Positions 46,996 through 53,808 of a stretch of 64,000 nt of DNA are shown in pieces. Source of the DNA: Desulfobacterales bacterium (lineage in GTDB: Bacteria > Desulfobacterota > Desulfobacteria > Desulfobacterales > SpSt-501). Below the pieces are notes generated by a model that was given only the letters and a program-made list of their open reading frames with translations, ran no database searches and was not told where the DNA came from. Each line of letters starts with the position of its first letter. Within the stretch, counting starts at the first letter, position 1. The stretch covers positions 7,036 to 71,035 of the forward strand of contig JALOPB010000003.1 of the NCBI GenBank assembly GCA_025454115.1, written 5' to 3'. Position numbers and translations under genes: made by a program.

Positions 46996-49155
46996 TTAGA
47001 TCGTGGTGGCCAGCGAAAGTTCATCATTGGATAGCAGGTTCGGGCTGGGCGTCTCTTCCGCGAAGCTATACCAATCCTCACGGCACATGGTCTTCAGCAC
47101 GCAATTGAACATGAGCAGAAGCAACTCGTGCGCATTCAGCCGGGGAATCGTTCCGCTTTCCAACGTGCCGATGATTTGAGATTTGCGGTCCATGAGGGCT
47201 TTCAACATGGCGAGGTGGTGCAGAAAGCGCTCGGTCGACCTGAGCGCGTCTGATGCGGAGGCGGGATCAAGCTGCATTTTGTCCTGAAGGGCCTTTAAAA
47301 TCTGTCCGATTCGCCGCTGGGAAGCCTTCAACAAGTGTTCGGCGGAGCGATCGAATAAGAGATCACCGGTGACGACCTTGAAGACCATCACCAGGGCCGC
47401 ATGCCAATCCTGAAAATGCAGCACCCAGGCGGGGTCGGCGAAACAGGCTTGCAGGGCCGGGTTGGGAAACAGGTGCGAGGGGGTGGCGTAATAGGGGGTG
47501 CCACCCAGCAAGGGCTGTTTAAGCGCGGCGCCGTCGGAGGGGTCGAGGTAGACCGCCGTTTCCACATCGATGAAACCTAACGAATAATCCGAAGCCGACC
47601 GCAAAAACGCCGGGTAGTTCTGCGGATCGCCGGCGACCAGAAGATTGTCAGGCTTCAGGTCCCGCATGGCCACCTTCTTTTCACTGAGCCAGGCGAGCAG
47701 GTCCAATAGATTGGCAATGATGCCGGATATGATTTGGCGGTTCTGCTCCAGGCAGAGGCGTGCCGTGAAGGCGCGGACGGCAGCGAGATAAGCATCCACG
47801 GCTTCGCGGTATTTATCGAACCAGCGCGTGAAGATCGCCGCGATTTCCTCCGCCATCCGACCGGAGACCGATGAATCGGATTCGCCGAGGTCCTGTTTCT
47901 CCAGATAATTCAAAAACCATTCCTGGATGCGGTAGGGGGTCACGGTGGCGGACTTCCCGCTGTTTTTTATCAGTTGGCGCACTTCGGCTTCGCATTGGTG
48001 ATAGAGGTCGCGAATTTCAAAGCCGACCGATTCGTTTTGCTCGCCGTAACGTTCCTTGAATTTCGCGGGATAGCGGATTAGATCAGCGGTAGAATTGATT
48101 TCCGACCGAATCGGATCCGCCAGGTCATGAAGGTTGTCGATAATGTGACTCAGGAAGTAGTAGCGTGAAAGGTCCATGAAGAAGACAAAGGTGCCGCTGA
48201 TTTTCAGATTGTCCTGATGGGCCGGGGTTTTTCGAAGCCAGGTGATGTATTTCTCTTCCAGCAGGTCGAGCGTGGAGCCCGGGGGAGGCTGCAGGTGATG
48301 GATCTGGCTTAAAATGACGGACACCCTGGGAACGATGCACTCCTTCGGGCTGAGCCGTTCGACAATGTGGCGCTCTTTTTTGATGCTGGCGACGTAGTCC
48401 TCGAAATCCGTAATCGGCTTGGGGGGTATTTTGACGACCAGATGGCGATCAAAGATCACATAGTAACATTTGCTTTTACTTCCGCTATCCTCGCCCAGAG
48501 GTCCGAGTGTCATGCGCCGCCTGGTCCACTCTCCGCCGTTCTTCACCCGCAGCTCATAGACATGGCTGGATCCGGCAAGCACGGACGGCAGCTGGACAAA
48601 GTCCGCCGGCACCTCCGGCCCGAAACCCAGCTGCTGACGATACAACCCTAAAAAGAAGCGCACGACGTCCGCACGGTTGGGCATTTCCGGGCTGGGTTCT
48701 TTGATCGGAGCAGCTGGGCAAACCGCGTGCTTTATTCGGGGGCGTGTTCGGACCCAGCGCAACGTCAGCACCAACGCGATCGGGAAAGCCACGGCACCGA
48801 TCAGCGACCACCGGATGGGAGCGGACAGGCTCGTCAGCGCAAGGCCATCCTGGATCAGCGGATGAATGGCACTCACCGCACGGACCGCTGTGCTCGAAAT
48901 TCGACCGCCCGTCGTTTGCAGCCAGATGGAGAGGCTCTGTTTCTCAATGGAATGGATTTCCGTCAGGCTGACAAAGCGGATTTCTTTGTCGTTTTCATAG
49001 AACAGATCGGCTCCAGACTCCCACATCCGGTCGACGGGAATCATCTGGCCGTTTTTCAGCTGGATGATATTACGATCCAGCTGATCCCTGACCGGAACAG
49101 CCACCATCATGGCGATGATCGCCAGAGCGCCTAAACAAATTTTCCACTTCCGCAT
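46996..49155 (-). CDS. Bitopic membrane protein with a small periplasmic module and a divergent protein-kinase-like cytoplasmic domain
   Basis: Signal anchor ICLGALAIIAMMVAV and a second TM helix IRWSLIGAVAFPIALVLTL. Kinase-like motifs are HLVVKIPPK, KKERHIVERL, AMRDLKPDNLLVAGD (catalytic loop), GFIDVETAV (in the DFG position) and GGTPYYATPS (in the APE position). Confidence 0.6.
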   Translation of the reverse strand: MRKWKICLGALAIIAMMVAVPVRDQLDRNIIQLKNGQMIPVDRMWESGADLFYENDKEIRFVSLTEIHSIEKQSLSIWLQTTGGRISSTAVRAVSAIHPLIQDGLALTSLSAPIRWSLIGAVAFPIALVLTLRWVRTRPRIKHAVCPAAPIKEPSPEMPNRADVVRFFLGLYRQQLGFGPEVPADFVQLPSVLAGSSHVYELRVKNGGEWTRRRMTLGPLGEDSGSKSKCYYVIFDRHLVVKIPPKPITDFEDYVASIKKERHIVERLSPKECIVPRVSVILSQIHHLQPPPGSTLDLLEEKYITWLRKTPAHQDNLKISGTFVFFMDLSRYYFLSHIIDNLHDLADPIRSEINSTADLIRYPAKFKERYGEQNESVGFEIRDLYHQCEAEVRQLIKNSGKSATVTPYRIQEWFLNYLEKQDLGESDSSVSGRMAEEIAAIFTRWFDKYREAVDAYLAAVRAFTARLCLEQNRQIISGIIANLLDLLAWLSEKKVAMRDLKPDNLLVAGDPQNYPAFLRSASDYSLGFIDVETAVYLDPSDGAALKQPLLGGTPYYATPSHLFPNPALQACFADPAWVLHFQDWHAALVMVFKVVTGDLLFDRSAEHLLKASQRRIGQILKALQDKMQLDPASASDALRSTERFLHHLAMLKALMDRKSQIIGTLESGTIPRLNAHELLLLMFNCVLKTMCREDWYSFAEETPSPNLLSNDELSLATTI

Positions 49156-49317
49156 TTTAAGTCCCTAGAACCCGGCCAGCGGGGTTGAGGTTCCTGAATT
49201 TATAATCGGTCCTCTCGGACGATCCTTGAGGATTATTTCAGGGCATCCCTTTACGGTCCGAGCGACCTGGGTCGGATAGGGTTTTCGGATCACACGCTGG
49301 AGCCACGGACTGCAGCA

Positions 49318-49347
49318 TTGACCCATCGCCGGCAATCATTGTATGGT
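49318..49347 (+). promoter_or_regulatory. Candidate promoter of the Mut7-C operon (TTGACC-N18-TATGGT)
   Basis: ttgacc at 49318-49323 and tatggt at 49342-49347. Confidence 0.3.
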
Positions 49348-49365
49348 CATTCGACGAATCAGCTT

Positions 49366-49377
49366 AGTGAGCTCACT
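49366..49377. promoter_or_regulatory. Perfect 12-bp palindrome AGTGAGCTCACT between the candidate -10 and the start codon (possible operator)
   Basis: Read directly from the sequence. It lies 16 nt upstream of the ATG at 49393. Confidence 0.3.
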
Positions 49378-49392
49378 GCTCGAACGACACGG

Positions 49393-49857
49393 ATGCCAAT
49401 CACTTTTGCCGCAGAAAAAACGTTGGGTCGGCTGGGAAAATGGCTTCGAATGATGGGGTTCGACACCCTTTCGGAAACGGAATACCCACGGGGGACGTTC
49501 AAGCGGTGTATCGGTCTTGATCGGATTTATCTCACCCGGACCAGGAAGTTGATAGACGTGCCGGTGGGGCTTAGAACCATTTTTATCCAGGCCAATCATC
49601 CCGCCGAACAACTCGTTGAATTGGTTCGGAAAGCCGCTATTCGCCGAGAGGATATCCGACCGTTCTCGCGCTGCATCCTTTGCAACGAGCCAATCGTGGC
49701 CATTGCCAGACATGCCGTGCGCGAGTCGATCCCTGATTTCGTGTGGAATACCCAGGCGAATTTCAGCTCCTGTCCGAAATGTGGGCGTGTGTATTGGCGG
49801 GGAAGCCACACCGAGCGTGCATGGAAGCAATTGATGGGCCTGTTTAATGAAATTTGA
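49393..49857 (+). CDS. Mut7-C (DUF82) PIN-like nuclease-domain protein with a C-terminal zinc ribbon
   Basis: N-terminus FAAEKTLGRLGKWLRMMGFDT (the family signature), plus CILCN...CPKCGRVYWRGSH. Confidence 0.75.
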   Translation: MPITFAAEKTLGRLGKWLRMMGFDTLSETEYPRGTFKRCIGLDRIYLTRTRKLIDVPVGLRTIFIQANHPAEQLVELVRKAAIRREDIRPFSRCILCNEPIVAIARHAVRESIPDFVWNTQANFSSCPKCGRVYWRGSHTERAWKQLMGLFNEI

Positions 49858-50632
49858 ACGGAAAGTCTTTGCGCTGGAATCCCGCCTGAGAAACTGCCGT
49901 AACGTAGTTACGTTAGGGGTTCGCACCAACTTCAATGAATATCCGCCCGAGGATCGGGATGAGATTCGAAAGGCGGACATCATCTACTACCCGACTACTT
50001 TTTATGCAGATTTGTTCAATGTGATCGGCAAACAGACATTTCCCAGCTACCATACCTATAAATGCGTTCAGGACAAGATCAAACAGACGGCTCTATTTAA
50101 TTTGCTGGGAATTCCTCATCCGCGAACCCGCATCTTTTATGGGAAACGCCAGAAACAGAGTATCCTCCAGCATTTTAAATTTCCATTCATCGCCAAGATT
50201 GCTCGCGGATCGGCCCGGGGCCGAGGGGTTTATTTGATCCGTGACCGCGAAAGCCTGGACCGCTACAGCGAGCGTAACACCGTCGCTTATGTTCAGGACT
50301 ATCTTCCCATGGATCGCGATATGCGAATCGTCGTTATCGGACGCCGCATCGTTCATGCCTATTGGCGGATTGCGCCGGATGCCGACTTTCGCTCCAATGT
50401 ATCTCTAGGTGCAACGATCTGTCTGGATCCGGTGCCTGAAGCAGCTCTGCGGCTGGCCGCGCATACGGCTCAGGCGTGTGGCTGGGATGATGTCGGTATC
50501 GATGTTCGCCAGTTTAACGGCGATTTCTATGTTCTGGAGGCCAATATGAAATACGGCCGGGAAGGCTTTCGAAACGCCGGGATCGACTACTCCCGGTTGA
50601 TGGAGGACATGATTGAACGCTGTGAAATCTGA
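49847..50632 (+). CDS. RimK-like ATP-grasp ligase
   Basis: Motifs FPFIAKIARGSARGRGVYLI, YVQDYLP, DMRIVVIGRRIVHAYWR, FRSNVSLGA and VGIDV...FYVLEANM. It overlaps the upstream gene by 11 nt. Confidence 0.8.
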   Translation: MKFERKVFALESRLRNCRNVVTLGVRTNFNEYPPEDRDEIRKADIIYYPTTFYADLFNVIGKQTFPSYHTYKCVQDKIKQTALFNLLGIPHPRTRIFYGKRQKQSILQHFKFPFIAKIARGSARGRGVYLIRDRESLDRYSERNTVAYVQDYLPMDRDMRIVVIGRRIVHAYWRIAPDADFRSNVSLGATICLDPVPEAALRLAAHTAQACGWDDVGIDVRQFNGDFYVLEANMKYGREGFRNAGIDYSRLMEDMIERCEI

Positions 50633-51803
50633 GCCACCGGACTTGCGATCGATCCGGGCGCTTCTTGACCGGAAAGAGGAGCAGAACCTGTCACCCCATG
50701 CCACTCCCAACTCGCATGCCGTCCGGCGAGGAGAAGAAGCGTCGCTGACCGAAGGGTACCGCCAGGCATTTTCCGTGGATGTGGACCGGATCCTTCACTC
50801 GCGCGCTTACACCCGTTATATCGACAAGACCCAGGTCTTTTATTTGATCCGCAACGATCACATCACTCACCGGGTGCTGCATGTTCAGCTGGTTTCGAAG
50901 ATCGGCCGATCGATCGGTCGTTTTCTCGGACTGAATGAAGATCTCATCGAAGCGATTGCATTGGGCCACGATATCGGCCATACGCCGTTCGGTCATGATG
51001 GCGAGCGCTTTCTTTCCCAGCTCTGCCAGGAGCATGGCATCGGTTCGTTTCATCACAATGTTCAAAGCGTTCATTTTTTAGACTGGGTGGAACGCAAGGG
51101 CAAAGGCTGGAACCTGTGCCTGCAGACCCTGGACGGGATCTTGTGCCACGACGGCGAGGTCCACACGCCGGCGCTGGCGCCGCATCGGAATAAATCCTTT
51201 GCCGACCTGCAGACGGAAATGGCCTCCAAAGCCGGTGGCCTCGATACGGACCTGGTCCCGATGACATTGGAGGGCTGCGTCGTTCGGATGGTTGACACCG
51301 TTGCGTATATCGGCCGCGATATCGAGGATGCCATCCGCCTGGGCCTCATTCGACGCGTCGAATTGCCTGCCGCCAGCGTGGCGGTGCTGGGGGATACCAA
51401 TGGAACCATTGTCTTTCGTCTGGCGGCCGACATCATCCGGACCAGCTATGCAAACGATTTTGTCGCCTTCAGTCCCGAAGTGTCCCAAGCACTCAAACAG
51501 CTGAAGGGATTCAATCTCGAGCGGATTTACCTGAATTCCCGGATGAAGCCGAACTCCGATCGACTTCGGGAGCTTTTCCAGCGCTTGTTTGATCGATTTC
51601 TTGAAGATTTTGAAAAGCAGCGCACGGACTCAGTCATTTTCCAGGGATTTTTAAACGGGATGTCCGCCGATTACCTGGAACGACATCGGCCGGCCGAGGT
51701 CGTGCGGGATTTCATCGCCGGCATGACGGATCGATATTTTCTGGATCTCTGCCCTGAGGCTCTGCGGCCAAACTACCTGCCAGGCGGAATCGAGACCGGT
51801 TGA
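50613..51803 (+). CDS. dGTPase-like HD-domain triphosphohydrolase
   Basis: Motifs FSVDVDRILHSRAYTRYIDKTQVF, HITHRVLHVQLVS, LGHDIGHTPFGHDGE and AGMTDRYF. There is no in-frame ATG near the N-terminus, so the start is TTG 50613 or GTG 50622. It overlaps the ATP-grasp gene. Confidence 0.85.
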   Translation: MNAVKSEPPDLRSIRALLDRKEEQNLSPHATPNSHAVRRGEEASLTEGYRQAFSVDVDRILHSRAYTRYIDKTQVFYLIRNDHITHRVLHVQLVSKIGRSIGRFLGLNEDLIEAIALGHDIGHTPFGHDGERFLSQLCQEHGIGSFHHNVQSVHFLDWVERKGKGWNLCLQTLDGILCHDGEVHTPALAPHRNKSFADLQTEMASKAGGLDTDLVPMTLEGCVVRMVDTVAYIGRDIEDAIRLGLIRRVELPAASVAVLGDTNGTIVFRLAADIIRTSYANDFVAFSPEVSQALKQLKGFNLERIYLNSRMKPNSDRLRELFQRLFDRFLEDFEKQRTDSVIFQGFLNGMSADYLERHRPAEVVRDFIAGMTDRYFLDLCPEALRPNYLPGGIETG

Positions 51804-51847
51804 CGCTGTACCCGGCCCGCATCTCCGTGCGCACGAACTCGAATGGG

Positions 51848-52585
51848 ATGATCGAACCAAGGACCTATCGAACCCGGCTCGATCGCCGGCGTCTGACGGC
51901 CTTTGAGGTCACGGTGAAGGAAACCGACCTGCACGTTCAGGCGCGGTGTGATTTGAGCGCGTTGACCCGGGACCTGATTCTGGAGCAGCGGGGATACCTG
52001 GAGGCTTACATTCGACAGCACCCCGGTTTTGTCTCGGCATTGACGCCCTGGCCGCTGAGCGGACCGGCACCGAACATCGTATCCGACATGATTGGAGCCG
52101 GCATCCACGCCGGGGTGGGACCCATGGCGGCCGTGGCCGGAGCCGTGGCCGAGCACGTGGGCCGGGGGTTACTGGCGCATACGCCGGAGGTGATCATTGA
52201 GAACGGGGGAGACATCTTTCTCCAAACCGCCGAAGCGGTGACGATAGCTGTTTTAGCCGGAACGTCACCGCTCAGCCTGCGGATCGGCATTCGCACCGGC
52301 GGGCGGAACGATCCGATTGCCGTATGCACATCGTCGGGTACGGTAGGGCACTCGCTCAGCTTCGGCCGGGCGGATGCCGTGTGCGCGGTGTCGCGGTCCG
52401 GTGCGCTGGCCGATGCGGCCGCCACTGCCATCGGCAACCGGATTCAATCCAAGCAGGACATTCCCGCCGGAATCGAATTCGCCAAACGCACCCCCGGTGT
52501 TCTCGGCGTGCTGATCGTGGCGGCTGATAAAATGGGGGTCTGGGGGGCCGTGGAGGTGGTCACGCTGGACCGAAAAAAAGGTTGA
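51848..52585 (+). CDS. UPF0280 family protein (ApbE-like superfamily)
   Basis: Motifs RTYRTRLDRRRLTAFEVTVKETDLHVQA, GVGPMAAVAGAVAE, ENGGDIF and SSGTVGHSLSFGRADA. An alternative TTG at 51800 overlaps the upstream stop codon. Confidence 0.7.
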   Translation: MIEPRTYRTRLDRRRLTAFEVTVKETDLHVQARCDLSALTRDLILEQRGYLEAYIRQHPGFVSALTPWPLSGPAPNIVSDMIGAGIHAGVGPMAAVAGAVAEHVGRGLLAHTPEVIIENGGDIFLQTAEAVTIAVLAGTSPLSLRIGIRTGGRNDPIAVCTSSGTVGHSLSFGRADAVCAVSRSGALADAAATAIGNRIQSKQDIPAGIEFAKRTPGVLGVLIVAADKMGVWGAVEVVTLDRKKG

Positions 52586-52689
52586 GTTTTCGGAGCAAAC
52601 CGATTAAATTAAATAGATATGCTAACCCACCGGTAATTTTGACAAAAATTTGTACGCCCCAAACCGGCTGCGATGAGCAGCCATAACGG

Positions 52690-53292
52690 ATGGATATCCG
52701 GAAGAAAGCGCTGGACATGAAGACCATGTGGGCTCCTTGGAGGATCGAATACATCCTCGGAGCCAAAGAAAAAGGCTGCGTATTCTGCAATGCCCTTTCG
52801 GTGAGTGATGGGCTCACTCTGTACAAAGGCGAGAGCACCCTGGTGGTCATGAACAAGTACCCCTATAACAACGGGCATCTGCTGGTGGCTCCCGTGCGGC
52901 ACCTATCGGCGCTGGACGAACTCAAACCAGAAGAAATGGGAATTCTTCTGGCGACCGTCGAGCAGTCCGTTGCAATTCTCAAGAAAGTCATGCGTCCGGA
53001 AGGTTTCAACGTCGGTTTGAATCTTGGAAGAGTTGCCGGGGCCGGGATCGAAGAGCATCTCCATTTTCACATCGTCCCGCGCTGGTCCGGCGACACCAAC
53101 GCGCTGGCGGTATTTGCCGATGTGCGGGTGATCCCGCAGCATCTTCAGGAAACGTTCGCGCTGCTAAGGCCCCATTTTCGGACGATCAACCTTCCATGCA
53201 CGCCGAATGCCGCGCAGACGGCTTCTGTTTCGACGACAAGCAAGAGGCCGCATTTCCGGAAAGGACCGGCGCGCGTCGCCCGACGGGTCTAG
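52690..53292 (+). CDS. HIT-family nucleotide hydrolase/phosphorylase (Ap4A-phosphorylase-like)
   Basis: Motifs WAPWRIEYI, CVFC, VVMNKYPYNNGHLLV and the histidine triad HLHFHIVPR. Alternative ATGs lie at 52717 and 52726. Confidence 0.85.
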   Translation: MDIRKKALDMKTMWAPWRIEYILGAKEKGCVFCNALSVSDGLTLYKGESTLVVMNKYPYNNGHLLVAPVRHLSALDELKPEEMGILLATVEQSVAILKKVMRPEGFNVGLNLGRVAGAGIEEHLHFHIVPRWSGDTNALAVFADVRVIPQHLQETFALLRPHFRTINLPCTPNAAQTASVSTTSKRPHFRKGPARVARRV

Positions 53293-53378
53293 CCGGGATC
53301 ACGGCGTGATCGAACCGCATCGACGCGTGGCGCTATTCCTGGTTTGGGCGTTTTCGCGCACCTCGATGGAGAGCTGGG

Positions 53379-53768
53379 ATGACTAAAACAAAGCTATTTT
53401 TCTGGGCTGTGATCATGGGTGGGTTGGGGTTAGTGGTCTTTCAGAATGAAGGATACTTTTTGGAAACCCAGCAGGTCTTGCGCCTGAATGTTAAGGTGTT
53501 TCCGGAATACCGGTCTCCCAACCTGCCGTTGGTGGCCTTCCACTTGCTGTTTTTCATTTTCGGGCTGATCGTGGCCACTTTGTTTAATGCCCTGAACCGC
53601 TGGCGTCGGCGCAAGGCCATATCGCGACTGACGGCGGAGACAGCCGCCCAACGCCAGGAGATGGAAACCCTGATAGCCGAACTGGCACGACTGAAAGGTG
53701 AACCCCCGCCTGGTCCGGCATCCGGTCCGCTTGAAACGTCGGTTACTTCACCGGTTGTGCAAGGCTGA
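53379..53768 (+). CDS. Small 2-TM protein with a coiled-coil tail (LapA/DUF1049-like)
   Basis: TM helices LFFWAVIMGGLGLVVF and LVAFHLLFFIFGLIVATLF, followed by RWRRRK and a heptad region. Confidence 0.45.
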   Translation: MTKTKLFFWAVIMGGLGLVVFQNEGYFLETQQVLRLNVKVFPEYRSPNLPLVAFHLLFFIFGLIVATLFNALNRWRRRKAISRLTAETAAQRQEMETLIAELARLKGEPPPGPASGPLETSVTSPVVQG

Positions 53769-53808
53769 GGTACCCTCCGGATTATACGGCACTGGCCTGC
53801 ATTCGTTC

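Noticed and set aside
50613-51803. dGTPase-like gene considered as a stand-alone anti-phage dNTP-depletion defence gene.
   Set aside because: It is embedded in a translationally coupled four-gene operon. There are no neighbouring defence hallmarks such as restriction-modification, abortive-infection or mobile-element genes. I cannot exclude a conflict role, so it is discussed only as part of the operon finding.
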